DNA of 63,852 nt, filler included, from Squatina squatina (lineage: Eukaryota): assembly GCA_031763465.1 (NCBI GenBank). It is 4 parts of 4 records of this genome, joined end to end, with 100 filler letters (N's around TTAATTAATTAA, not from the genome) between each part and the next. Parts side by side here need not be neighbours in the genome. Positions count along the whole stretch, not along the records: positions 1 to 13,601 come from JARFOE010000005.1; positions 13,702 to 35,933 come from JARFOE010000100.1; 2 more parts are not named here. One strand, written 5' to 3'. Positions 1 through 13,944 of the stretch are shown in pieces. Positions within the stretch are counted from its first letter, which is position 1, and every line of letters starts with the position of its first letter. The position numbers and the translations under genes were made by a program. Under the pieces are notes generated by a model. That model ran no database searches. It saw nothing but the letters and a program-made list of their open reading frames with translations, and had not been told where the DNA came from.

Positions 1-57
1 CAAATGTGCTTCAGCACAATACAGTAATAGTGAGTATCCAATCACAATAGCTCACTA

Positions 58-375
58 GGTCCATTCAATGAGTAGCACAGCCTTGCAGACCAGAGATCTG
101 AAGTTTTACCTCCACCCTCTGCTACGTTCTATGATCTAAGCCACCTTGTTGGAAAAGGTATGAGAGCTGGTCACACCTATCCCCACCTGACCACCGCCCC
201 CAAATTAGGAGAGAATTGTTCAAGATTCCTGCTCTGGATTCACTGTCCGGCAACTCCTACTGGAAGTGTGTATTCATAGATGTTGGGTGAGGATAGAATT
301 GAACTTAGCTGGGATGCCTCGTGGAGCTCATACATGAATATTGCCATTGAACCAAACCACAACAAGGAGTCAATG
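58..375 (+). mobile_element. Degenerate tRNA-derived SINE-like interspersed repeat
   Basis: Shares the core CCTGCTC..ATCC..GGAAGTGTG..GGTGAGGA with copies at about 29030-29325 (+), 41935-42300 (+) and 31480-31745 (-). Family not named with certainty. Confidence 0.55.
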
Positions 376-1025
376 CCTTCAGGAGCGAAGAGGAAAAGCT
401 TGGTAGAAAACATCAGTTAGAAATAAAGCAACAAGTGAATGGCACCATGAATTGGGAGGAGGTAATTTTTCCTCCACCTTGGCTTGTACCTGTGATTCCA
501 TAGGTTCCTGATCTCAGTCATGCTGCAGTGCAGGAGAGAAAATCAGAGGGAAAATTACCCTGGGATACACTTACACACCACACCATGGCCGTATCCAGAT
601 AGGTGATGAGCATAAAGAGAGTGAAAAGGAAAGAAAGTGAGACAAAGAGGTCAAAATATATAAAAAATATAAGTTAATCTTAATTACATTCTAACTACTT
701 ATTTTATTTGGAAAGGCAATTATTAAATGGTGAGATATTAATGGTTTATGATACTTACATCATTATTTTAAATTTTGTGCAGGTTGGTAAATTGTTGAAA
801 TAATGCAAAAAAAAAAGAGAAGCATGCAATTTAAATATGGCAAATGCAGCAAAATAGTTCAACAACGTTCACTTAACTAGAATTAATTCTGTGACTTAAT
901 TGGGAATGAATGTAAAAGGTGCAGATGGGAAAAAAGCAATTGGATATTCAATGTTTTTTATATATAATAACTATTGTTCTATTGGGTAAGCAGTGTTGAT
1001 AGTGTTCATACTTTAGAAAGAAAGA

Positions 1026-1472
1026 GTTACATTTCTACAGCATCTTTCTCAACCACTGGAAGTCCCAAAGCACTTTACAGCCAATGAAGTAATTTTATAG
1101 AGTGTAGTTTCCGTTGTAATGTGGGAAACGAGTCAGCCGATTTGCGCACAGCAAGCTCCCACAAACAGCAATACGATAATGGCCAGATAAACTGTTTTTG
1201 TGATGTTGATCGTGGGATAAATGTTGGCCAGGACACCAGGGATAAATCCCCTGCTCTTCTTTAAAATAATGCCATGGGATCTTTTACATCCACCTGAGAG
1301 AACAGACGGGGCCTTGGTTTAACGTCTCATCCGAAATACGGCGCCTCCGACAGTGCAGCACTCCCTCAGCACTGCTCTGGAGTGTCAGCCTAGATTTATG
1401 GGCTCAAGTCCTTGGAGTGGGACTTGAATTCACAACCTTCTGACTCCGAGGCAAATGTCAGCCTCAGTTGAC
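1026..1472 (-). mobile_element. Near full-length tRNA-derived SINE (DeuSINE/SacSINE-like)
   Basis: Minus strand has a tRNA-like head (GTTGTGAATTCAAGTCCCACTCC), a central domain and an L2-like tail (GTAAAGTGCTTTGGGAC). Other copies at about 3385-3689, 8325-8686, 14885-15012 and 58085-58200. Confidence 0.75.
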
Positions 1473-4209
1473 ACCGTTTATTCATCGTAATCTTTCTCAT
1501 TTTGTATATTTTTCTCCATTTTCCTGTGTTCTGCTATCATATTATTAAATGTTACATCAATCTTTTGTTAGAAGGAGAACAAGGTAACACACTAAATAAT
1601 TATTGTGACCAGTCATAACTTGGTGCAGTGATCTCTATGGCGGAAAATATCACAATATGGTAATAAGGAAGCACATCATCTGTGAAAGCAATTAGATCTT
1701 GTGTACAGATGGATTTTCCATTCATCTTTCTGACAAACNNNNNNNNNNNNNNNNNNNNNNNNNNNNNNNNNNNNNNNNNNNNNNNNNNNNNNNNNNNNNN
1801 NNNNNNNNNNNNNNNNNNNNNNNNNNNNNNNNNNNNNNAAGAAACCGAACTACATGGTAGGGTTAATACTATGCCAATTAATAAAAGGTGAATGTGCTTG
1901 CAAAGGAAGAATGTGGCTCATAGCTGTAACAGCTTTGATGAGATAGAAAATAATGAACTGTTGAAAAGTAATAAACAAGCAATCTCCAGAATGGTTAAAA
2001 GCATGATTGGGAAGAAAGCAGTTAGTAAACAAGTGGGTTATTAAAGTTTGAGGGAAAAAAAAGGTGAAATTGCCATCATTGAACAAGACAAGCCATGCCA
2101 GGCCAGAAACATCAAGGCAGGATTACTGATCAACCCTGGACATGGAACAGATGGACCAAGCCATCGTCTGGGCATGCAGACTCGCATTGTGTTTGGCTGG
2201 CCAGAGTGTTAAACATTATTTCAGAATAATACAGTACTGCATTATGAATTGCAAATTGTAGAAACAGTAACTAAACTCAGTAATCTGGTTTCAGACTCCC
2301 TCTGCTCCTGAAGCGAACAAAGTGGATAATGCAGAGATAGGCTGAAAGATTAATCTTGTAACCTAGGCAACCTAAAACAGAAGTCGAGAGGGGTTCTAAT
2401 TAACCCAATTAAAATTGGATATACTAGAGCTGAATTCATTCTTACTCCCAGGCCCCTTAATCTTTCTGTGCTAATTTTGTTTGATGCTTTGGAGAAAAGA
2501 TGAGGGGGGGGACATGACACAGTTCGTTATTAAAAGAATGAAAGTAATAGATATTGTTAAAATAAGCATGTTATATAAAATCAGACAAAAGGAGCACAAG
2601 ACTGGAGAACATAAGTACAAAATGCACCAATCTAGTGGTGTGTTAGCCCATTTAATCCTGCTTACCACATAAATATTGGCATTTAAAATGTCTAGAATGA
2701 AACCATCATGTCCTCTTGAGCTCTGTAACTCACTCTTACATCACTGAAGCATTGGTTGCTTCCGACCCTCCATCAGTGTTAAAACTAATGTAAACTGGTA
2801 GACTGCCCATTTGGGACTCGTCTCTGCAACTCCAGAGATTTTAAGCTGCTGCTGTGAGATTGCGGTAGCTCCGGTCTTTTTCCGCTATTTAATAACTGTA
2901 GAAGGTCAAAGTCTTCCTGCAATAATTGATGCTGGCATTTGCTGATGATCCTTCCCTTCTACTAGTTGACGCTTGTGATTTCACGAGAGAAACCCTTTGT
3001 CATATAAAAGTAATGCACCATTGCCTACACAAACCATTCCCTGATCACAAATGATGTCTGATTAAATGCAAATGGCCCAGGCTGCAACATTAGTTCCATT
3101 TTGTTATGATCTCTGAGTTCATGCTGATACTCCCACATTGTTGCTCGTATTAAAATCTCCCATGGATTTGTAACACTGCTGCCTCTTTCTAAACATCACC
3201 GATAATTCCCATGATAATCACTGCGACGCAATGTATAAGCGAATAATTCACAGCTCCTTTTATCTACATGGCAATTAGAGTTTGTATCGTTTACAATCAA
3301 AGGTAATTACAGCAGCCACAGAGACACTATTAAAATATATTGCCAGCTATTGTATACGCTATAGATTTATAAAGAAAGAATTATATTTATATCGCACTCA
3401 AAATGCTTCACATCCAATGAAATCATTTTTGAAGTGCGGTCATTGTTGTAATATAGGGCAGCTAATTTGTGCAAGGAGAGATCCCACAAATTGTAGCAAT
3501 AGATCATCTGTTTTAATAATGTTTGTTGAGGGATAAATATTGCCGAGGAGAACTTCCCTGCTCTTCCTTAAAGAGTGCCATGGGTTTTGCACCAACCTGA
3601 GAGTGCATATGGGGCCTGGCTTTAATATCTCATCTGAAAGACAGAACTCCAACATTGCAGCACTCCCTCGGCACCGCACTGAAGTGTCANNNNNNNNNNN
3701 NNNNNNNNNNNNNNNNNNNNNNNNNNNNNNNNNNNNNNNNNNNNNNNNNNNNNNNNNNNNNNNNNNNNNNNNNNNNNNNNNNNNNNNNNTTAAGGAGACA
3801 GTTGATAGTGGAGAAAAGAAGCTGGGAGTTATCTTTCATTCAAGATGAAGCTAGAGTAATGAGCAGTTTTGGCAGAGGAGAGCAGGGCTCAAGAGTGCTG
3901 GAGTCCAGATCTGGCTAAACGAATTGTGCGGCATACCTGTACCTGTGCCCCGAGAGTGAAGATGGAGGCCATACCACAGGACACGACCAGGGTGGGACAG
4001 AGTAAGGGGCTGAAATTGGACTTTTTCTTTCGCCACATTAGCGCTTCCGGGAGGCACTATTGGGGAAGTAAGGCCCTTTCGCCTGGGAATGGCGGTTCCA
4101 TCGCATCCTGCGGAAATGGCCCCGCGGCTTGCGGTGCTCGTTGGCACATGGCGATGATGACATCATCACCGTGCACATCGCCCCTGAGTGCCCCTGCTGT
4201 AAAATTGGG

Positions 4210-4440
4210 CCACGCCTTTTGCTGTCTCAGCCCTCCCAAGGTCTGCAATTCCCTCCCTAAACCTCCCTGCCTCTCCACCTCTTTCCTCCTTAAAACCTAC
4301 CTCTGCGAGCACACTTTTAGTCAGCTCTCATAATATCCCCTTCTTTGGTTCGGTGTCAATTTATTTCTCATTGTTCTACTGTGAAACGGCGTGAGACATT
4401 TACGACTTTAAAGGTGCTGTATAAATTCAAGTTGGTGTTG
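4210..4440 (+). mobile_element. L2-type LINE 3' end remnant
   Basis: TCTGCAATTCCCTCCCTAAACC...CTTAAAACCTACCTC...GTGAAACG...AAAGGTGCTGTATAAAT is a typical L2 terminus. Confidence 0.6.
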
Positions 4441-7378
4441 TTATCAGTGGTTCGATATAAGTTGTAAAGAGCACTGAAGCTGCTGCTAATGGCAAGTAGA
4501 GGCTTTCTTAGGGGCTCTCACATTATCAGTTTTTCAGCATCTTTATCACTTGTTTACTCCAACATAGATCTGACGTGATTGAATGGAACACATTGAATGT
4601 CTGTAACTGAATACATTCTGATACCCTTATTGGATAAAATTGGATGAGCAACAGCAGAGGCAATCTTTCTTAATATAATTATTGAATCTGTTGACTCGGC
4701 ACCAGAGACAACACATTATTTGTCTGCCATTGTCTGATTCTGTCTGTAACTGCAGTAATTCAGTAATTGCCTCTCTTTCAGCTGGGTTGAGTCCATCAAG
4801 CCACTGATGAAGACAAGAAACAGGGGAAGCCACATATTCATTTCAACAACTCAGCAGACACACCAGAATTGACCAGCTTCTCAATGAGATGGCAATGCCA
4901 GAAACTGCTGCGGACTCTGTAAAAGTTGATGTCGACAGGGCCAATCTAAGGTTAGCCTTGGCTCAGTTGATAATACTCTGGGCACGACTTGGGACAGGGA
5001 GAGGCAATATAGACTTAATGGCAGAGTTCTAAAGAGTGTGNNNNNNNNNNNNNNNNNNNNNNNNNNNNNNNNNNNNNNNNNNNNNNNNNNNNNNNNNNNN
5101 NNNNNNNNNNNNNNNNNNNNNNNNNNNNNNNNNNNNNNNNAAACTTAATTTAACTCTCCTAACTGAAGTTGGGAAAAATATACCCACCGCACCTCCCCCC
5201 CACCTCACTGCACTAGCGCCCCTGGCAACTCCCTCACCCGTATCCTCCCTCGAAGTCAGCTTTAGCTGGATGCAGTGCATATGATGTTTGCACCCTTCAA
5301 CCCAGGAACTGGCAGTCACTCCTCATCTTCACTATAGCTTTCCCTTCTTATATGTTTTTGCTATAGTTCTTTTTAATGGTTTTAGAAGAAGTGTGTGAAC
5401 AGTAACGCTGCCACCCGTAGAAAATGTCAGAATTAGTCAGTTTCACACATTTCCAGCTTGTGCATTAGGCCTGTTATGTTTATTTGCACTCCACAGAGGA
5501 TGTCTATATATTTGACTGATCAAATAGGCAAGGTTCAGGGATACCTTTTCTCTTCACTGTCCCCCCCACATCCAAGCAATGCCTGAGGTTTTAATTTGAC
5601 ACTTGAGTGAACACAGATGAACTCTGTATCAAGGCCTTTGAATAGCTGATCACAGAGAAAAGACAGACTTTGCTGTAACTGGATGTTCCACTACATTGTG
5701 CGTTGCTGCTCAATCATAGGGAACCTCTTATCTTAACTCCTACATTTGTGCCAGATTAGCAGAACTGTTAGCCTCGCTCAGATGGAACATAGGCTCAAAA
5801 TCCCACCAATTGGCCAAACTGATTGAAATAATAAAGGTAGGGAAAGAAAACATGATTGTTCTTGGAGTAGCAATGCTTGTAGTTTAAACCCTCGAACAAA
5901 GGTGACTTCAAGGTTTCAATATCTTCAGCCAATTTCATTTTGCTCTTTCAGTTTTTTTTATACCAGGATAACTGAAATGGACCACTAATTTCCAATGAAG
6001 CCATTCTGTTTCCAAAGGCAACAGCAAAGAGATCAGAGGACTAAAAATAAGATAACAGGGTAAACAAACTGGGGTAGTGCTAATCCAAGGATAGTCTCGC
6101 TCAGTGAGTTCTATATTTGCTGTTGGTGCTGTTTTTCAGTGAGTTTTGTATGTGTCAGCANNNNNNNNNNNNNNNNNNNNNNNNNNNNNNNNNNNNNNNN
6201 NNNNNNNNNNNNNNNNNNNNNNNNNNNNNNNNNNNNNNNNNNNNNNNNNNNNNNNNNNNNGTTTCTAACGTCTTCATGCTCCCTGATGTGACAGGCTGCT
6301 GCCCTGATTACAGCTCATTTGCTCATACTGGTCTCCAGGTACATGGTAACCTATATCACAAACGAGATTTTGTTACAACATGGGTGACATAGCCTGTCCA
6401 AAAATAGCAAGCCCACACAACATCCTATTTAATTATCCCAATCTCTGCATTCGGGCAATTTAAATAGATCGGGCTGGTCTATACAGTGAAATCTTATGCA
6501 AATGCTGCTGATGGCTTTCAAAACCCTCTTCAAGCTGATTCTGAAAACAAGGCTTCCATAATGAAAGAGGTGAATGGAATGTAATTTGTATTTTTAACGG
6601 CCCAGTAAAAGACCAAATAGCTATTATTTTCTAATGCTTGAATAGGCACTGCTGGTTTGTGACGCTTAGAAGTTAATGAATGGATACGTTTATACAATTA
6701 ATTTACTATACTGCTTTTATTTCATCTATTAAAGGGACTTCTAAATTTAGATAGTGATTAAATCCTCTGTGTAAAGGTTTGGAGAATGTGTTGCTGTGTT
6801 ATAGAGAAATGTATCATATTCTCACAGAGGGCTCCATTGCCATTTCTCCCCGGGGTGCATTCTGGGTGGGTTCATTATTGGGAGTTGTGTGTTGCCAAGA
6901 GCCACACTGGAGATGAGCCAAGCACTCATTTCACTTTGAGCCTTTACAGCCAGCAGGATAGCAACCCTCAGCCCTCAAGCCTGGTCTGGATTCAGGTTTT
7001 CGTGGTGAAAGCACAATGTCCTGAGTAATTGCATCCATCCATTCTTCTCCCTCCACAATTACATCAAGGTCACAGGCCTGTGATTTACAAAGAAAATAGA
7101 TTGAATTCTATCACTAGTTTAAAAAAAAAAGAATCCCAGGCAGGAAGACTGGAATTTGACTTATTCAGTCACTGAAAATCTAGTGACAGTAAGTATAACT
7201 ACAGTGCAGCACCATTAAGCAAGTAATGAGTCTGGACTTGATAAAAATGTGTCCATGTCAGGACTCTCTTAGGATTACNNNNNNNNNNNNNNNNNNNNNN
7301 NNNNNNNNNNNNNNNNNNNNNNNNNNNNNNNNNNNNNNNNNNNNNNNNNNNNNNNNNNNNNNNNNNNNNNNNNNNNNN

Positions 7379-7465
7379 CCACCGACTCCACCCCCCTCCC
7401 CGGCCCCCGACTCCCCCCCCCTCCCCCGCCACCGACTCCCCCCCCCTCCCCGGCCACGCCCCCAC
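7379..7465. repeat. C-rich low-complexity minisatellite, truncated by a gap
   Basis: CCGACTCC(C)nTCCCC repeated about three times next to the gap. Confidence 0.8.
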
Positions 7466-8324
7466 AACCACTGTCTACTCTTTTGTCCTTCTGATGTATT
7501 TTGAGTCTTTCTGTCAATGAAGAGCATGAAAGCATAAGGTAGAGATAATCTGTCTGATTTATAAGTTATCAGTGCTGTTTATTCAGCCGTGTTTGCTTCA
7601 GTGGATGTGATGAGAATATTGAGTAACTATAGTTAGGACATGTCTTTGCAGTTAGATTCCCAGCAACTTGGACACACTCCAGTTTCTCAAGGCTGTTTGT
7701 TTCTGCAGCAGCCAGTAGTTAACTTCCTGCCTCCAGCTTTTAGGTGCACAATTACTGTGATTAATTGTAGAAGTACACATTATGATAATGGGGTGAGGAC
7801 TTATTTTAGTCTGAAGTGATGAAACTGATTTAGCTGCTTGACACATACTCTTAGCAGTTGCTTTAACACTGCATTTTTACATTGAAAATTGAAGACAGTA
7901 TCATATAAAATGTACCATGCTTTGTTGTTTAGTGTGTGTACATGATTATCAAGGGGAGATATGGTAGTGATGGGAAATAGTCCACTATCACAGCAAGGTC
8001 GGGTGGAATGACTGCTTCGCAATGTACTTCAAGACCCCACGGATCCAGAAGATTTTCCCTTGTGGCATTGGTGTGACATTTCTACTTCCCACGTATCCTG
8101 TTCAGTTTCCAAAGGACTGGCAAATCAATGCAATTAAATACATGCATTAATGCAGAGTCTCAATGCAATGAAGCATCTTCAAATGCTTCCCAGACAACTA
8201 ATGAATTATGAAGTGAGGTGAGTGTTGTGTAGACAAGAAGCAGACATTTTGCGCACAGCATTCATCAGTTACACTATTTGGGTAGTGTTGGTTGAGGGAG
8301 GAATGTTTATCCCAACAAGCTGTG

Positions 8325-8686
8325 TTCTGGCTCCGTGGTAGCCTGCTCACCTCTGCTTCAGAAGGTAGTGGATTCAAGTCCAACTACAGAGACTTGAGCA
8401 CATAACACAGTACTGAGGAAAAGCTGCACTGTTGGAGGTGCTGTCGTTCGGAGACCCTGTTCACCCTCTCAGGTGAACACAAAAGATCCCATGGCACCAT
8501 TACAAAGAAGAGCAAGGTGTACTGGCTAATATTTATCCCTCAACCAGCACCTAATAACAGATTTTCTGATCATTATCTCATTGCTGTTTGTGGGGGCTTG
8601 CTCTGCATTAATTGACTGCTGCATTTCCTATATTACAACAGTGACTGCACTTCAAAATGCTCGATTGGTAAAGTGTTGTGTTGTGG
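8325..8686 (+). mobile_element. SINE copy (same family as 1026-1472)
   Basis: Head GGCTCCGTGGTAGC...GGATTCAAGTCC, then the central domain AAAGATCCCATGGCAC...TTGCTGTTTGTGGG. Confidence 0.7.
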
Positions 8687-11600
8687 NNNNNNNNNNNNNN
8701 NNNNNNNNNNNNNNNNNNNNNNNNNNNNNNNNNNNNNNNNNNNNNNNNNNNNNNNNNNNNNNNNNNNNNNNNNNNNNNNNNNNNNNGAGGTAGAAGATCA
8801 GCCGTGATCTTATTGAATGGTGGAGCAGGCTGAAAGAGATGAATGGCCTACTCCTGATCCAATGTCTTGTTTTCCTCTGTGCATTATGTGCAACAAAACA
8901 TTTTGTAAGAATGTGTTTACGATTCTGCTACACAAGTTCACAAGGGAAATCTTCCCTCAGAAGAATAAGACAATTGTCTAACCAGTGAAATGTTACTGAT
9001 TGAAGGGAAATAATTCATTGTCATTTAAATCAAGTAAATCAGTCTTATTTATTTGCATTATTTGTTGCAAAGTAGTATGTAATCCAGACAGATTTTTAAA
9101 ATCTGACCTAATTAACTTTCTATCAAAAGTCAATATTAAACCCCTCTGAATATTTGAAAAAATACAATTTTTCATATTTTAATTCATGTAAGGTAAACAA
9201 ATTTCTGCAGTAAAAATTGCCAATTTGACTTAGGAATATCTTTCAATTAAAGCAATTTCTCCCTCTGCAATCATTTGAACTGAATTTATATCCAATTCAA
9301 TGCTTCAGCAGNNNNNNNNNNCAATTATTGCAACACAATTTTTGTTTTCAATGTATCAGTGGGTGCCATGGAGAGTGATCTGATAAAGATGTCTCCTTTG
9401 TGCCAAGCTTCATGAAAATACAGTGTTCTCAGTGGCCAGACCCAGTTTGTGCATTCGTACCACTGCCCCTGCACACTGAGGGCAGGACGGCTTGCCTGCA
9501 TTCAAATCAGTCACAAAGCCAACCTCTCAAAGAAATACCAGCTGCCACAGTGAAAACGTGAAAACTTCAAAATCTTCTCACCAACTCGAGCTTGGACTTC
9601 TTTTATCTCTATCGATTTGTGTGTTGTGGTTGCTGGTGCAGCTGTCTCTTAATTCTAAGTTGCTTAGTTTGAATATTAACTTAATGTAGTTTAATTGAAA
9701 GTTAAATCAGTGCAAAAATTGCTGATCTGCTGAAATTGATCTTATAGTACTGCATAAGTGAAAACTTTTTGAGCACAAAACTACTTTGAATTAACATGTT
9801 ACAATTGGTTCAAACAAATAATAGGCAAATTTAAAAAGTTCCTCTCAATACAAAGAGTGATCAAAACATGGTAGCAAAAGCCTTGGAATCAGTTAAGAAA
9901 AATTGGATGCTGTAATGTGGGGTCTGTAGGTTCTTTCTACACGGATACGATATGGTTTTCTTTATCCAGATCTATTTGTTACGCAGACTTGGGTTTTAAG
10001 TGTTTGCTTGTAGGAAGCACAATCCACTGAGTCTAAACCACATGTACTTACAGATATGTTGAAAGTCAAGAGTTGGCTTCAAGTTGAAGCGTGTAAAGCA
10101 TGAAAGCATTTTGGGTGCTCAATTCACGGGTAAACTTTTAGCGCGAAATCAGCGCAAAACGGGCGTACCTGCACTTCGAACGTCCAAACGCGGGCACAAC
10201 ATTCGGGTCCTGTTGGCACCGGCGCGAAATGGGTGCAAGGCCTGTAAGGCTCCAAGCGCTAGCCTAAATGTTAAGGCGGCGCTATGACATCATCAGTACG
10301 TGCGGTGCCCAAAATGGCCGCCGCACCCGGAATTCCACAGTGTCAGTGTGCACTAAACCCAGCGGTGACAACGTCTGGATTTTTCAGCGGTGACACGGNN
10401 NNNNNNNNNNNNNNNNNNNNNNNNNNNNNNNNNNNNNNNNNNNNNNNNNNNNNNNNNNNNNNNNNNNNNNNNNNNNNNNNNNNNNNNNNNNNNNNNNNAA
10501 TAGTACCACGGAATCTTTTACGCCCACCTGAGAGAGCGTGAAACGAGTCAAGCAGCCAAGAGAAAATAGGAACAGGCACTCATTCTGCTTTTACATTTCA
10601 TGTTAGTTGGAATTTTGAATGAACCCATAACTCATTAAAACAGGACTACTTTATTTATGGCTTTCAATCTCCCGTTACTTGTAAAACATCAGCATTGCTT
10701 GGCTTTGAACATTTGATATTCGTTGCTGCTTTATGAATTAATAAAGGATTGAGTCGCAGAATATATCAAGACAGGAGAAGGACTGTGAAGAAAAATGTGG
10801 GCAGTTGCATCAGGAAACCAAATGCAAGCTAACGGATTTAATTAGTAGATTAGTTCAAACATTGCAGAAGTTAATACCTTCCTTCAGTTTTACATTATTC
10901 CTCACCTCTTTTGTTGACCATGCCTGTTTTATTTGGGAAGTAGAGCTCTTGCCCTTTAGAGATGTATACTGGTCCTGTATCATGCCAAATTCTTTTTTGA
11001 ACACCTCCTACTGTTCATCTGTAGTTTTACCCAATAACCCGTTTTTGACCAGTTTGCTGTTGCCAGTCTCTGTCTCATCTGTTAAAGATAGTTGTACCAA
11101 AATCTAGAATCTTTAGCAGCTGGCTANNNNNNNNNNNNNNNNNNNNNNNNNNNNNNNNNNNNNNNNNNNNNNNNNNNNNNNNNNNNNNNNNNNNNNNNNN
11201 NNNNNNNNNNNNNNNNNNNNNNNNNNGAGCAAACATTACACTTTAAGGACCATTGTACAAGCTTATTAACCTTTTTCATATTTTGTCACCACATTTTCAT
11301 CTCTTGCTGGTAGGGACAGGGATCCTGAAATCTCTGCTCGATGTGCAGTGCGAAACATGGTTGTCATTGGCTATGGTCTGTTCATTTGCCTGTGCTGCCT
11401 GCTCAATTTGGGTTGAAGGAATGGCTCTTGATTTTTTTTTAAGCCATAATAATTTGAAGTGCCTATCTTATGCCCCAAAGGGAGAATTCAAGAACTGGGA
11501 ATCTCTAAAGGTCAAACTGCACTCTCTGAGATAGGAGGAAATATATTTAGAATAACAATGCTATCTTTAACATTTACAAAGCAACAATTGCTCACCAATT

Positions 11601-12316
11601 TATTATGTTCTTGGCCCAGCTTAAAGAGAAACCTGAAAGCATTGAAGGAAAACAATTCACAGGTAATGCAATGCCTTTTGATTTAATTCAATCGACCTGA
11701 AGACAATCAATTCCCTCAACTAATCTTAACAGATGCTCGGCAGACACTTGACAATTTGCAAGAGGGAACCGTAATGTCACCAGATCAAGTGTCCTTGCGT
11801 ATCAGTGGAGTTCACCAGGGCTCTCCACATTTCAATCCAGGAGCGTCCTCATGATCCAAAGATTCCAAAAATTGCAAAAGAGAAAGGAATATTAGGGAAA
11901 TAAAACATCTAGCAAAGAAAATTGGAATAATCAATGGAGCTGAGATTAGTTAAGTCAGTGCAGCACTAATTTGACAATCAATAAAACATTCAAGGCACTT
12001 GTGTCTCTCTTAAACCTTGTTCATGATTGTAGCTATGCGTGACAGAGTCTTGTTTTGCTGACTCTCTCCATACTTACATCACACTGATATAAAGCAATTG
12101 TTCAAAGAAAGCTGATTTATTTCTGCACTACATTTTGCTAAAATCAGCAGTATCTTCTTTGACTGGCTGATGTGCACCTTTTTTTTTGAGGAGAAACGGA
12201 CATATTGTTGCGGGCTGAAAGGTGGCTGTCAGGATAGGATTACAATGGAAGATAACCTCCAAGGATTACTGCAGGGGAAGGCAATTACTCATGCCTAGAT
12301 ATACCGAAAATACATT

Positions 12317-13601
12317 GGGGACCCATTTGGACAGCGCCGCGCTGATAGCACAAGTTGCCAAAATGGTATGATTTGTGCGCCATTTTTGCCCCACTCATTT
12401 AAAATGTGGAATTGGTCCCTTGAAAATGTGTTTTTGTGTCGGGGCGCTAATGGGGCCAGATTTGAGTGCCAGGAGACTCAGCTGTGGCGCTAAGCGGGTG
12501 AGACATTTTTAACAGGATCAATTCACTGAACTCACTAATGGGATTCAATCGGTTACCAGCCCACTCCAGCCCTTAAAGGCAATGTAGAAACTCAGTGCAG
12601 CTGCTGCTCAGGTCAGTGGAAGGTGAAGATTGTGAGGGTTTTGCTGTGGTGAAGTGCTTATACTGTGTGCAGAAACCTTGCTCAACATTCCCATGGCTGC
12701 TGTTGGAAGAGGGACACAAACCCCAAGGTCTACAGACCAGGCTCTGGAGGCACTCATGGCAGCGGTGGAGGCGAGGGTCAATCAGCTGTTTGCCAGGGCA
12801 AGCGGAAGGGGAAGTGCTCAGCTGGTGGGGGGGGCTTGTTGAGGTTTTGGCATCAGATGCAGTTGCAAGGACGTCACATCAGTGCCGTAAAAAATTCAAT
12901 GACCTGGGTCGTTCAGTGTAAGTAAGTGCGCTTTGCTGTTGACTGTAAAAATGTGCATGTGTGTGATAAGTGTTCTGATTGGGAAAGCCATCATATTGTC
13001 CCTTCACTTTAAGTTTGATGATGCATGCATCACTCATTGGTGCTCATTGGCAAGTGGCACAGTATAAAGCCATGTTATGCATTGCCCTTATATATTACAA
13101 GTATTTTGCTTAGTACTGTTTTTGCCTTTTATGTAAGCTAGCAAGGAACAGACATGAGCAGCAGCGTAGTCAGGAGGGGAGCCAGAGTTGATCCCTCTGT
13201 CAGATCTGGAGGAGCCGATCGTGCGAGTACTGGGCACCGACGTTGCTGAGCCCATGGCTGCTGGTGGGGTTCTTCCTGCTGCAGCAGACGATGGTAATTT
13301 CATGTCCTAAATTGCAACGTTGTTGGCCTTAACCCTTTCACTTCACAATGGAGCCCATTGTCAGTGTGAATGCATGTAGTTGCCCCATGGCTGCCTCCAT
13401 CCCCCCTCACCCTCATGTACGTGGTCTTCACTTTACAATTTCAGACGAGTCGTCATCCCCTGAGATACCTGTGCCTCCAGTGGCAATGGAAGGAACAGAG
13501 TCGGAGGAAGGATCAGCCCATGCTGAGGAGGAGGACGGTGTGGAGATGGAGGAACATGTGCTATATCGGGGTGGGAGGGTGGAGGAGGAGGAGGAGCAGG
13601 G
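12317..13601 (+). mobile_element. Harbinger-type DNA transposon remnant with a frameshifted Myb/SANT-like gene
   Basis: ATG at 12693 gives MAAVGRGTQTPRSTDQALEALMAAVEAR, then in another frame RTSHQCRKKFNDL followed by a GTAAGT donor (about 12918). Downstream come GGEPELIPLSDLEEPIVRVLG and an acidic tail. Confidence 0.65.
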
Positions 13602-13701
13602 NNNNNNNNNNNNNNNNNNNNNNNNNNNNNNNNNNNNNNNNNNNNTTAATTAATTAANNNNNNNNNNNNNNNNNNNNNNNNNNNNNNNNNNNNNNNNNNN
13701 N
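13602..13701. other. Artificial concatenation linker N44-TTAATTAATTAA-N44
   Basis: 12-mer at 13646-13657 with stops in all six frames, centred in a 100-nt gap. Confidence 0.97.
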
Positions 13702-13846
13702 CAGGAAGTGGTTGATGCACAGACCACTATCATTTAAAATTCGAAAAATATTTGAAACAGAGGAAAATCCCCTCCCAAAAGAGGGGGTAATGAAACATCT
13801 AGATAGCATGCTAAGAAAGTTTTTAAACAACAATGATTTCACTTAC

Positions 13847-13944
13847 ATCTGCCCAGCTGAAATCTTCCAGGTTAAGGAAATGCCAGTCATTTAGTGCCAA
13901 CTCTCTGACTGAGCGACCACCATAGATAAACAGATAGCTCTGAC
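13847..13944 (-). CDS. LCMT2: LCMT2/TYW4 internal exon (kelch-like region)
   Basis: AG acceptor and GTAAGT donor, 98 bp. Encodes (G)QSYLFIYGGRSVRELALNDWHFLNLEDFSWAD, matching recalled human LCMT2 YLFVYGGRSVVEPVLSDWHFL. Confidence 0.88.

Noticed and set aside
1-13601. Possible genes or conserved non-coding elements in block 1 (for example 2700-3300, 4600-4900, 11620-11860)
   Set aside because: No exon with both splice sites and a recognisable protein match. Conservation cannot be judged without alignments.
13646-13657. Palindromic TTAATTAATTAA as a biological site
   Set aside because: Identical sequence centred in fixed N pads three times, so it is an assembly linker.
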